Shown here piece by piece: positions 48,028-60,213 of a DNA stretch of 64,000 bases. The stretch is from Lophium mytilinum (lineage: Eukaryota), in the NCBI GenBank assembly GCA_010093605.1, contig MU004181.1, forward strand, positions 1,922,001 through 1,986,000, in the 5' to 3' direction. A program made the position numbers and the translations under genes. Every line of letters starts with the position of its first letter. The first letter of the stretch is position 1. The notes beneath the pieces are model-generated. The model did not search any database. It was not told the origin of the DNA and was given only the letters and a program-made list of their open reading frames with translations.

Positions 48028-48891
48028 CTTCCGTCAATTCAGGATGGTCGTTGAGTTGGCTAAGTGGTGAAGCCGTGGAATCGAGCCAATGCACATCTAT
48101 CTGTCTTCACAACGGTTGGAAGCTACGGCTCAAGGGTATCGCTAACAGGGATACGAAGACACAGCACGGCTTGATAAGAGAATACGCAATTGAGGAAGAG
48201 GAGAAAGGGTGAGTAGGCCAGACAGCATGCTGCCGAAGGGCAAACGAGGTATTGCTCGGACAAGTCTTCCCAGCGGAGTCATGTCGGAGCTCGAGTCGGC
48301 GTATGCCATGGTCCCTGCAAGCAACTGGGCCAACTGCTGAGGTACGGATGGCAAAAACGGCTCTTAGTAGACGGCGGGTGGGGAGGAGGTTGTATACAGC
48401 CAATTGGGGGTGCAGGCTGGCCGCGGGGGGTGCCGTGTGTGCCGAGTTCGCGATGCAAGATGGGTCTTGGTCTGGCACCGAGCAATCTGAGGGACAAGCT
48501 TTCCGAGCACTCACCGCACACCTCGACTTGTCCGATTGCGGGGTGACGTGCCCCGCCATTGCTGGTAGATATAGGTAGACATCTTCCGACCGTAGAAACA
48601 TCAATTTGTTCATTTTGATCACTTTAATCTACCAATTGACCGTGCTCAAGCTCGAGAGACGTTATTCGAATATGTCGAGCCCACCAGCCCTAGGCTCGCT
48701 ACTCATTCCATCCCGATTCCGGCCACCTTTGTCCAATCCACGGCGACGCCTCCGCCCATAAACTAATCCAGGCACTGTGGCGTCATCGCCCTTCTCAAAT
48801 AACTCATTGACATTCCTCAATTCTCAAACCCATCCTCAACCACATTTGCGTCTACAACTAAACTACCCTCACATCGACAAACTCCACAACC

Positions 48892-49842
48892 ATGTCCTCC
48901 GACCCCCAACCCCCCGCTCCCGCCCCCTTTTACACCGTCAACGAAGTCCGCACGCGCCTCCAATCCCACTTCCTCGACGCCGACCCCAGCCAACACCCCT
49001 CACGCTGGGACGACCTCTGGAAATCCCAAGACTTCCTCCCCTGGGACCGGGGCACCTGGAACCCCGCGCTCGCCGACGTGCTCAGCGAACAAACCGCCCT
49101 CCTCGGCACTCCCACCATTCTCGACGAAGCCACCGGCGTCAAGCGGCGCAAACGCGCGCTGGTCCCCGGCTGCGGCAAAGGCTACGACGTGCTGCTGCTC
49201 GCGAGCTTCGGCTACGACAGCTACGGCGTCGAGGCGTCCGCGAACGCCGTGCGGGCGTGCGAGAAGTACGCAGCAGACGCGGCGGATGCGTATCCGGCGC
49301 GGGATACGGAGGTGGGGAGCGGGAGTGTGAAGTTTTTGTTTGGGGATTTTTTCAAGGATGAGTGGGTCGAGGGGGTGGATGGGGGGTTGGGGGATGGGTT
49401 TGATGTTATTTATGATTATACGGTGAGTTCTGTACACGCTCGTTTGGATTCTGTGGACGAGTGTTGCGAGTGAGTGAGTGCTGACGCGGTTGTTTTGTAT
49501 TAGTTCCTATGTGCTCTACCGCCCTCGCTTCGGCCGTCCTGGGCCGCGAGACAGTCGCAGCTCCTCGCGCCCACGGCCCGTTTGATTTGCCTCGAGTTCC
49601 CGACGCATAAGAGTCCTTCGTCTGGAGGCCCGCCGTGGGCGCTGCCGCCGGTGGTGTATGAGGAGATACTTGCGAGGCCGGGCGAGGAGGTGACGTATGA
49701 TGAGGATATGAATGTGATAGTGCAGACACCGGTGAGGGACAACGAGAAAGCGCTGGAGCGTTTAGCACATTGGCAGCCGGAGCGGACGCATGAAGCTGGG
49801 ATAGGCACCGATTGGGTTAGCATATGGAAGCACAAGTATTGA
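48892..49842 (+). CDS. SAM-dependent thiol/halide methyltransferase (TPMT family)
   Basis: WDDLW..DFLPWDRG, RALVPGCGKGYD, FDVIYDYT|FLCALPP, LICLEFP...GPPW and WQPERTH. One intron at ~49423-49503. Confidence 0.9.
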
Positions 49843-49899
49843 TGTTGTGGTGACTTGGGGATGCCGGTGGATGGTGGAGGTAGCCTGAGAGCAAAAGCT

Positions 49900-50895
49900 T
49901 CACGGCGCTTTCCGCAGCGAGTTGTAATGCTCGCCTAATCCAAAGTTGTGATGGTAGTACCCTAGCCAAATCACCTTCTTATCGTCGCCTGTAGCAGTAC
50001 TGTCCTCGGCCGGAGTTATCTCGTCCACGGTCCCGTTCGCCTGGAGCACATTGATCTGTATCCCATACTGTCTCGCCAGCGCCATGAGCTCCACATGGCC
50101 GCCCCACTCCCCTGTCTCTCGTATCTTACGCAGATACTCGTCAACAGGCTCTTCCATGAATCCAGCAAAGTCGTCTGGATTCTGCTCAATGAAGTCCGCA
50201 GCAGCATACCTCACAAGCTTATATGACGGCAACTTCTTTTCCGCTTCGCCGACCCCGTCCAGCTGCTTGTCCGCTATTGTAGGTTGTATGCGTGGGTTCA
50301 GCCCCAGCCCGGCCTGGTCCATCTGGTCAGCAACAGCTGAGTACATGCAGTGTCCATCCGCTCGGATCTCCTTTTCCTGCAATTTGTACTTCGAGAAATG
50401 GCCCCGCATGTTAATGCGTTCTTGCTCCCGCAAATCCGGCATGGAAGCTGCTTCAGCGGCGGCCTGGGCAGCGAGAGCGTCCTGCTCGGCAGCGCGACGC
50501 GCGAGCCTTGCTTTAGCCCGGTTTTGCTTCTTTCGAGGCTCGCTGGAGGCCGGGGAATCTGCGGATTCGGAGGGAGGGGAGGATATCGATGTGTTCTGAA
50601 GTGATTCTGCTATGCCGTTGGTAATTGTTTCCGGGTCGTCTTCAGCTTCCGCCTCTGGGCTCTGTTCAATGGAGGCCTCGTCCTTCGCTATACTGCCATT
50701 CTCCCCGTTCAGAGCTGCCAGCTCTTGAGAATGACGTTCTTTCAGCTCACTCTCAAGCGTGGCACACTCGTCGTTCACGCCCTTCCTCGTCTTTTTGCTC
50801 GCAGATTTCTTTTTCTGCGTAATGCGGGCCTGGAGGTCGCGGTGTTCTCTGCGGTGGCGCGTTTGGAGGGCTTCTAAGGTCTCTAGAGGGCCCAT
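49900..50895 (-). CDS. OTU2: OTU-domain deubiquitinase (Otu2/OTUD6-like)
   Basis: N-terminal RHRREHRDLQARIT, catalytic ADGHCMYSAVADQ, WGGHVEL and GLGEHYNSLR. Confidence 0.85.
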   Translation of the reverse strand: MGPLETLEALQTRHRREHRDLQARITQKKKSASKKTRKGVNDECATLESELKERHSQELAALNGENGSIAKDEASIEQSPEAEAEDDPETITNGIAESLQNTSISSPPSESADSPASSEPRKKQNRAKARLARRAAEQDALAAQAAAEAASMPDLREQERINMRGHFSKYKLQEKEIRADGHCMYSAVADQMDQAGLGLNPRIQPTIADKQLDGVGEAEKKLPSYKLVRYAAADFIEQNPDDFAGFMEEPVDEYLRKIRETGEWGGHVELMALARQYGIQINVLQANGTVDEITPAEDSTATGDDKKVIWLGYYHHNFGLGEHYNSLRKAP

Positions 50896-51280
50896 GGCGT
50901 CGAAGAAGCTTTAGATCTACTTGCCAGGTAGATAGATCACTCAAGGCTGCAGTTAAGAGCTCGAGTGTAGGTGGGGGAAGTGGACAGGTTTCGAGGTGGA
51001 TTTTGCGGACCTAAGAATAGACGGCGGAGTTGCCGAAAAGCACGTGATGTCCTTAAAACTACATGTCCGCGTCTAGCTTTCACTCTGTGTCAATATCAGA
51101 GCATGCTAGTGCAAATTGCATGTGAGACTTTACGAAAGTTATAAAGAGCTGTATTTTTAAGATTAAGTATTATAGGACCTCTATATAAACTCCACCCAAA
51201 TGCCGCCTAACGGAACTAAAACCTCCCAAGCCTATATCATTAAACATGAATCACCATCTTCTCCCTGCCAAGCAACCCTT

Positions 51281-54200
51281 CTATATCATGGCTTGATACA
51301 TACTCAGCCGGTCCCCTGCCCCGCAGAACTCATTCGAGTTCCCTGGACACAAGAAGCTACAGTCTCCTTCACTAGCAACAGTCGTCGGATTCGCAAACGT
51401 ATTCCCGCAATAGCACTCGGTTCCATACTCCGTCCCAAAGTACGTATAACCCGCGCAGAAAGTCGCACATTCCTCGACCGTCATCGAATTATCAAACAGA
51501 TACTTCGCATCCAACGCCCTGTTGCCAACGGAGTCGGTATGGCACGAGAGGTAGCTGTATCCAGAAACTATTGGATTAGACGGTCCGGTGTGTGATGTGC
51601 TACTCTTGAAAAGGTTCATCCGACCGCCCGCGCCGCACGTTTCGGTCGCATCGCCGGAGCAGGTGAAGGAGCAGTCGGTTTCCGGCGCTGTGTCGGTGGG
51701 GTTGGTGAAGCTGTCGCCGCAATAGCACTCGGACCCGTATTCGACGCCGAAGTAGTTGTAGCCTGAGCAGAAAGCAGCGCAGGAAGCGTATGTCGTGGTG
51801 CCGGTGGATTGTGTTTTGGCAGTCAAAACGCGGGCGTAGACTAGATCGGTGTGGCAGCCTTGGTAGTCATATCCGGCGAGGGTGGGACCCGCAGCGCTAG
51901 AAGAGGTGGTTGATGAGGACGACGACGTGGAAGCGACTGAGGGCGTTGGTGTCGTTGAGGTTGAGGCAGCCGCTGTAATTGTGGAAGAGAAGGAAGAGGC
52001 ACTACTAGAAGCTGCTGCGCTGCTTGTAGACGATGAGGAGCTAGAAGCGCTACTGGAAACGGCTGATTTCCTGTAAATGTTGAGACGGTTTCCAGCTCCG
52101 CAGTACTCCTGACTATTTCCAGCGCAGGCCATCGAACAGTCAGATGCAGACTGATTTGTGCTAGTCGTAGCAAGACTCGCGCCGCAGTAGCATTCTCTGC
52201 CGTATTCAACACCAAAGTAAGTCGATCCACCGCAGAAGGAAGCACAACTCTCCACGGTGAGATCGTCAGCCGCAGTAGAAGAATCAGCGAGAGCTCGTCC
52301 TCCTTGTGCTTCGCTGAAGCAGCCTTGATAAGTGTAGCCTGCGATCGTTGGATTTGTGACTGGGGCATATTTCAGGTTCTTGTATGCGCTGATACGGCTG
52401 GATCCACCACAATACTCATCGGTATTGCCAGGGCAAGCCACATTGCACTCTGACACTCCAGCACGAGTGCTCGAAGCATCTCGAGAGTTGCCACAGTAGC
52501 ACTCTCCCCCAAACTCTACTCCGAAATACTGAAATTTGCTACAATCTGACGCACACTTCTCCACTGTGAGGCTATTGTCGTAGAAAACGGCGGCTGAAAA
52601 CGCCCGAGAAGCAGAAGAGTCCGTGTAGCAGCCTTGGTATGAGAAGGCCAAAGAAGAAGGCGTCGAAGATGGAGCAGAGGGGCTTAGAGTTGCGCAGGTG
52701 CTTGGCAGAAGAGTAACGTTTTTGTAATTATCGGCAGCACTTCCCGCGGACACTCCAAATGAGGCGGTCTGTGCCTGAGAGGGATCTAGGGAATAGGTGG
52801 CCGCATAGAGATTATACGAACCAATCGCAGTCTGCGATGCCATAGCCGCCGAAACTGTAGATAGAGTAGGAACGATGATTCCATTGCTTCTTGGGATCTT
52901 CAGGGTGAGCTGGAGTTGTACGGAATTCGATGCGGTATTCCGGACCTAGGGTGTCGATTAGCCTTCAATGATATCTGCAAATGGTAGATAGAACTCACAG
53001 CAGCGACGACGGTTAGACTACGCTGCCCATTGGCATCGTTGGTCGAGCTGAGGCAGCTCTGTGGGGACTGCAACATGATCGTGTCTTGGATGGCAAATCC
53101 GGCACCATTATTGTCATGTAGCTCCGTAGACCCGTCGATGAGGGTCACAAGTACATTGAATGATGAGATTGAGGTACTAGCGTCAAGGTTGGCGGAAAAT
53201 CCATAGAACTTTACTTTTGGTCAGCATGCGTTCTAATTCGTTGACGTGAAGACTTACAGTAAAGCTATCGTCGAACCCGTTGGCAGTTCCTTTGAACGCT
53301 GTATCGATATTGTCACTCGCAGAATTCCCACTGCGGTCTTTATAGACAAGCTGGACACTGGCGACCTGGCTTGCTGTGCGAACGGTTGTCCGAATTCGAA
53401 TGTCACCAGTAAAAGAGATACTCGCTCCTCCTGCAACCAAGGTCAACTGAAGAGCATATGGTTTGACTTCATATGGTACAATTGGATCCGTAAGAACAGT
53501 CCCTTTTGGCACAACTTCAATCATCTTTTGAAGCATGGTCGAACAGAGGCTGGCGAAGGTTGTGGGGTTCGTCATTGCTTTGATAGTAACGTTTCCGTCA
53601 GCTGCGAAGACTCTCCCATCCGAGTTCTCCGCTTTGGCAATCGACGGGCCGACCACAAGAGGGTTCAAAGTAGACCCAGAGACGTATTCAGTCGCAACCT
53701 TATTGTCGAAGGATTGTGTAGTGTCGAAGTCCTTAACACCATTCGAGTTTGCAGCAGATGCTACCGGGACGATTTCTGGAAAATTGCTGGAATGGACACC
53801 CCCGAGAGTATGTCCGCATGCAACGACAGCGATCATCTCCGTTGTGTTGAATCCCATCCTGAGGAACTGATTCTGAAAAATGCTGATCGCGTTCTGCGGT
53901 AGCGGAACTCCAGAATCTCCGCCTTTGGTGGCATCAATTCTTCCAGTCTTAATAGCTACCACAGGCCCACCACAGGATCGCACGGCGGTGTACATCCCCA
54001 TTGCGATGATGTCGGACATTGACGATCGACTCGAAAAGAATGGCGCATACGTGGTGAGCGTTGTATTGAATGCGGGCCCAATATTTTCGCCTCCATTGGT
54101 CTCAAATACGAGGGACGCATCAAGACCTCCAATGCCTTGGACTGCGTTTCCAGTCGCCATGTCGTGGAAAGCGGTTCGAATCCATTCGGCTGCAGCAACT

Positions 54201-54391
54201 CGTCCGGCTCCCTGGGCAGAATAAGAGCAAGGGGTTACGGCAGCTGAGAATCCACGAGATCGGTAGCCGGTATTTAGGAGCATGATATCCTCCAACTCGT
54301 CCACTGAAGAAGGCCATGTTGGCACAGCGGATACTCCTGGTTGCAGAACCGACAGGACCCACACGAGGATCGGCAACGAGAGGGCGATCAT
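51281..54391 (-). CDS. secreted heme-peroxidase-like domain protein with four WSC domains
   Basis: Signal peptide, distal motif WIRTAFHD and proximal motif ACGHTLGGVH. Two introns (~53208-53258, 52946-52998) link it in frame to four YxGC...GVEYGxECYCG...CGAG.R WSC repeats separated by a Ser/Thr linker. Confidence 0.88.
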
Positions 54392-55020
54392 GTTTGCAGG
54401 CTAAATGAACGGCACAGCGAAAGACAAACAGCGCAGCGCAGCGAGTGATGGCGCTGGCCAAAAACGCAGGTGGAGAGAACGGGAAGAAACGAGTGGGCAG
54501 AGACAGATTTGCTCTCAAGCGGGCTCTACGGTCTATATCATGCCGGCCGAGTCGCTACTTTGCTTGGGAGGCAGCTTTCAGGGCGTGTCAAGAAAGACCG
54601 AGACTCTCAGAGCCGGCGACTGTCTGCGGGACGGCGTTAGACTTCAGGTCGCATGAGCCAGCCATATCTTATGCAAGCGCCACAGGCAATCGGGAATAAC
54701 GCAAACAGAGGAAAGACACTCTAAACATAGCCGACAGGGCGAGACTTTGACAGCGGGAAGAGACGGTGGTTCGAGAGCAGTCGCTGACCCCTGAGGGCAG
54801 GGCTGAGCGGGAGCGGCACATCGCCAAACCAGACACGCGCTATAGCAAGATCGGACCTAGCGGTCAACTTGCCAATACCTTATGCATAATTGTGCAGGAG
54901 AAACGGGTCGGATGCAGGGGCAAGTGGCTTCGGAGACTTGCGTGGCGGTGGAGATTGAAGAAACCCTGATATTGCTTGGGCGTCTGAGCTAGCCTCATTC
55001 GGAGCAAGCTGGGCGACAAT

Positions 55021-58000
55021 AGACGGATTTCAGAGACGAATCGCACGGCCGTAGGAGGAAATTCGCCACGTAAATCGGTGTGATGAGGCTTAAGCTACTG
55101 CAGGCCCCTGGTTAGCTCGGTATTCATAAATTTTCATAAAATGCCCACTAGTAGGGGGCCCCCTAGTTAGCGGTATACCTAGTGTAAGGCCTGTATGCCC
55201 GGAGACCTTAGATAAGGTCTCTAATTAAGGTAGCTCGTGCAGGCCGTATATAGTAAGGCGCCGCTAAGATAAGGCTGCTAGCCCGTTCTATTTTATTATA
55301 GCCCTAATAATCTATAGATTCTTCTAAGAATTCTTAACTTTCTTATATTATAATTACCTATACTATAATTAAGGCCTAAGGCTATATATAAGGCTATAAA
55401 GAAGGCCTAAGGCTATATAGAAGGTTAAATATATAATAAGATTTATATTTATAATACTATTTTTAATAGAAATAGCCGGCTAATAATATAGAGAGAGGAG
55501 AGAAAGTAGAAGGCATAGAAATATTATAGAAAGCCCTTAACTAAATATTTAAGAGGAGGAAGATCTATACGCTATTTTATTAGTAGTAGAATTACCCTAT
55601 TATAATTTATTATTAGCTTCTACCTTAAATTCTTATAATCTCTATATAAACCTTAATTTTTATTATATTATAATATTCTCTTACTAGCCTAATATTTTCT
55701 CTCTTCTTAATACTGCGCCTAGAGTTCTGTAGCTATATAGAGTTCTATAGCCGCGCGTAGTTCTATAGCTGCGCGCAGTTCTATAATACGCGCCGCTACT
55801 CTTCTATTTAATTATTTCTTACTCTAAGTCTTTAGTAATACCTCTATAGCCTCTATAGGCTCCTCTATAGGCCCTAGGGCCTTACCGCGCGCTCTATAAG
55901 ATTAACGCGAATAAATAGCTAGAGCTTATTAAGCTAGATAATAATATAGATAATATTCTATAGACTTAAGAGTACTCTAAGGTAGAGAATAAAAATACCT
56001 TAATAGTTCTTCCACCCTTTTATAATATTATTTCTCTAGAAACACGTAAGTAATTAAGGCCGGCTAAGCAGCTCTACTTTATTAAGCTACTAAACTAGTA
56101 CCGCTACTAGGCCCGTAAGCGTTAGCTTAAGGCGTATATAGAGAGGATAGTAGTAATAATAAATAAGCTTACGGGCTGTATAGAGCGCGGCTATAACTTC
56201 TATAATAGATATAATTAGTTAAAGAATAAAATTAATAAGAGAATCGCCATCTAAAAGAGTAAGAGAGAGGAGACTAGAATAGTATAGAGAGATAATAAGT
56301 ACCTATAGCAGCTTAACGTCTTTATTATAAAGGCGGCGGATATAAATAAGGTAATTAAAAAGAAGCTCTAAGGCCTGCCTAAGGCATAAACCTATAATAG
56401 CTAGCGGCAGGCTATTATTATTAACCTTACGCGCTTAATTAGTATAAAGAGAGGAATTAATAATATTAATGCACTAGAGGAGGCGCCGCGGCCTTAGCGG
56501 AGGCCTAGTAGAGGACCTTTACGCCGCGGGGGGTTTACAGCCGCATACTGCATGCGTTAAAAGGTTAAGAAGCGTTAAATTACTTATGTAGATAAGAGAG
56601 AGAGGCGCTGTACGGCTAAGGCTAAGGCTTAAATTAAGAGGATAATAGCGGGATAGAGAGAGTTATTTAAGGCCTTTATACGGGGCCTAGTAATTTCTAT
56701 CTAGGCTATAATAGATTCTACTTAAATAGTAAGTAACTATAAGAAGCTATAGGTATTCTACTATACTACTAATTAACTATACTATAAGAGGGCGATTACT
56801 AATATAGAAAAGATATAGAGAGACTTTAAGCAGCTATTTTATATTTAAACTAAGGTAACTAAGGGCGCTAAGTATAGTAGAACTCTTGGTAAGGTTACTA
56901 GTAATATAGAACGTGCAATTAATAATAATAGAGGAAGAAAGAAAAGTATTATTAATAGAGGAGAGAATAAGAGGGTATTATTAGCGGAGGAATATAGCCC
57001 TATAGAGGTGGCTAGCCTAGCTAGCCTTAATTTAGGGCCTAATACCCCTAGAGACTTCTATTTTTTTAGTTCTACTTCTTATAACTAATGTATTTTAGAC
57101 GCTATTACTTATAGGTAGAAAGTAAGTAGTGCAAATTATAGTAGTAACTATTAGCTATATTTTCTAGTTATTTTTAAATAAATTAATAGACTTTTAGTGT
57201 TAGTTTTATATATGCAAAGTAGATAGATATAAAATTAATATTATCTATAGAGTTTTAATTTTCCTCGCTTATTTTGCAAGCTAGCAGGAGCTAAACCTAA
57301 ATAAACGCGTCTAATTAGCTAATTTCTTATATAATAGGTAGTAGTAATATTAGTTTACACGCTAGTAATAAAATAGAAAGGCTATATAAAATAGAAAGGC
57401 TATATAAGTATAGTAATACTATAATTTAGCCTACTATAACCTTAATTCTATACTCCTATACGCCCTTTTTAACGCCTAGGTACTTCTTAATATTAGGCGT
57501 GCCTATATTATATACGTCTACTATCTAATTACCCTAGAAATAGCTTAAATAATTTATTAGTAGCACGGTAATAATATAATAGCTTTCTATAGGCAATAAT
57601 TCCGTTTTTATTACTAACCTAAATAAACTAAAACTCTAGTATTTTAATACTAAACTAAAGCTATGCTTAATAGCTATATATAGGCTTACTATCTCTCTAT
57701 TATACTAATATTAATTAGGGCGCTAAGCTATATATTCCTCTAGCCTCCCTTTAAAGGCACTAATTATGCCCCATTTATTAATATATGCGGAATTACTATA
57801 AAGATACTAAACTTTCTCTAGTAGAAGGTTACTATATAGCTCTACTAGCTTTATAGATAGCCTAGACTCCTCTATTATTATAAAGTTGCTAGTACTATCT
57901 AGAAATAGCCTAGCAAGAGACTAGATTATGCCGTTAGAAGTAATAATAGACTAGAACTTAAGGTAGTAGTACTTTTTATACCTGGAGTATATTATCTACT

Positions 58001-59034
58001 AGATCTAGGGGTCCTTTAGCTATATAATTAGGCGAGTAGTTCTATCTATATAGCTCTAGACTTTACTAATACCTAGATAAGGTTCTATAGCTATTATATA
58101 CTTCTCTAGCTTCTTACGCGTAAGCTGCTGCCTATTCTAGTATAGCCGCTGCTACTACTAATTTATAAGAAAGATAATAGTATCTCTAAATATAGTATAA
58201 AGCTATAAGCGGCTATATCTAAATACTACTAGTATATTACTAAAGTAGTATAGTATTAAGAGGCGCTAAAGAAGTATATAGAGTAAGAGAATTAGATAAA
58301 AATAACGCCCGTAAGTATACTTAATCTTATTAAGCTAGAGAAGTATAGCTAACTATCTAATTTTCTTACAGTTAAAGCGCATCTTAAAGCGCGCGCGCTT
58401 ATTAGTAAGCTTATTATTAAACTAGCGTATAAAGTTAACCTAATTATATAGTAGTAGATTGCGTAGTTAAGGAATAAAGCTATTTAGAACCTTATTAACT
58501 TTCTCTTTAGCCTTTATCTTATCTATCTTAGCGGCCTTATTATTAGTAAGGGCACATTCTTTCTTATCTAATAGCTCCGCGAGCTTACCAATATTAATAG
58601 CAGCGGCCGCGGCAGCTGCAATACTACCTAGAAGGGCTATAAGGGTAGTAATGCAAGAATTATAATAATTTTCTATATTTTAATATGTTTAAATAATTAA
58701 AATTAAATAAGATATAGGTGCTAATAGCTAGTAGATAAAATTCTTACCTTATTATACTAAAATAACATCTAATCTATATTATTAGAGGCTCTGCGCTAAT
58801 TGCCCGTAACCTTATAATCTATAATACTAAGCCGGGCAGCCTAAGCTATATATAGAGGCCTTAAACGGGTGGAAATTAAAATCCAATTTTTATGAAAATC
58901 ACGCGTTAATGGCGGCCAGGGTAGCCCCCTGTGCTAATTTGTTAGTGTCACCACCAAAATCGGCACACCTCTTACCCCTCCGAGCCTAGCTGACCGCCGT
59001 GCAGATACTAGCGTAATTCCGTTGAAATCCGTCT
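55021..59034 (-). mobile_element. RIP-inactivated PIF/Harbinger DNA transposon, apparently full length
   Basis: Perfect 12-bp TIR AGACGGATTTCA (55021-55032) / TGAAATCCGTCT (59023-59034), flanked by AAT on both sides. The interior is AT-rich, TpA-saturated and ORF-free. A relic DDE_Tnp_4 transposase lies on the minus strand. Confidence 0.85.
57450..58600 (-). pseudogene. RIP-mutated Harbinger transposase (DDE_Tnp_4); boundaries approximate
   Basis: 57989-57927 reads YSRYKKYYYLKF*SIITSNGII, which restores to YSGYKKxHxLKFQSIVTPDGII by reversing C>T/G>A changes. Near 57690-57550, IAIKHSFSLVLKY* and TVLLIN restore to IAVEHGFG.V..YW and AVLLTN. Confidence 0.8.
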
Positions 59035-59415
59035 AATAGTCTCGAACGCCAGCTTCGCAGATCCGAACAGGGAGCCGCCAACCGAGCGGTGATAGCGAGT
59101 CAAGAGCAGCTGAGGGTTGCGGCGCCTTATCATGGCAATGATCTCGCTATGCAAAGAGGCCATTGACTGACGGCACATTGCAAATCCTTTCTGGAGACCC
59201 AGAACTTAGCTGTTTGTGAGGTTGCGAGAAGTAGGAAATGAAGAACGCCGCTGTGATGCAGCATACATTAGTACTGGCATATACAAGTACGCCTAAGGGG
59301 CGAAGGGTTGTACTAAGTAAGCGATGAGCACCAAACGAGGCTGAGCTTCCAACACCACCTCTCTTGTCACCGCAATGCTAAGAGGATGATTACTTTGCTC
59401 TATCCAAAGCTCTCC

Positions 59416-59812
59416 ATGGGAGCCGCCTAAAGATACGTTCCGATATCTTCCCCTAGCACCATTCGAAACCTAAAGCTGTACGGCGAGAAGACGAAGAGCT
59501 ATAAGCTCAGGTGCGACTTAATCGAAGCAGACCTCAATAAGCCCCCAGCCTTCGACGCCATCTCGTACGCATTGGAGAGACAAACACCAGACCATCATAT
59601 ATCATGTAATGGGAAGTGGCTTCTGGTAACGAAGAACTGCTGGGACACTTTGCGACATTTTCGCCCAAATGACCCATCCGAACATCGCCTTCTTTGGATC
59701 GATGAGGCCTGCATCGATCAATCGGTAGGGTCGATATCAGAGAAAAGCAACCCAGTAGCCCTGATGGGCGGTATATGAAGCAAGGCACAGTGCTTGTTAA
59801 CATGGCTAGGTA
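59416..59812 (+). pseudogene. HET-domain (heterokaryon incompatibility) pseudogene fragment
   Basis: One frame reads MGAA*RYVPI...TIRNLKL...FDAISYAL...ISCNGKWLLVTKNCWDTLRHFR...LLWIDEACIDQ...EKSNPVALMGGI*SKAQCLLTWLG. In-frame stops at 59428 and 59776, and no downstream continuation. Confidence 0.82.
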
Positions 59813-60213
59813 AAATACTAGATTTCCACTACTTTCCTCCCCTTTTCAAATGGTTCATGTGCGTTAATGAGGGTGCTGAATGCCCTAATGAGGTTGAACG
59901 GGTGACGGGAAGCATCATATGAAGATATCATGCACACACATGTCTTGCAGAACCGGTGCAATGATCTCAGAGGTTTCTTTGAATCTGATTCCTACAGTGC
60001 ATAGTCCTCTTAAAGATCCCAAAAGGGAGAGCCCGCCGCTGTATCTGCAGGCTATCGCAAAGTAGTGGCCTCATATCCTTCGGTGAGGCCAGAAGTATCA
60101 GCCAGGCCGCCCATTCAATCTGACCTAGTTACTATCCGAGAACGCCTAATGTTAGGTAGTGGTACACCCTCAAACCGCCCGAAGTATCTTCAATGCAGCT
60201 TGCAAACCCCAGT

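Noticed and set aside
55101..58931. Alternative hAT-like termini CAGG...CCTG
   Set aside because: The flanking 8-mers match poorly (agctactg versus tgctaatt). The outer perfect TIR with TSD and the Harbinger-type transposase explain the element better.
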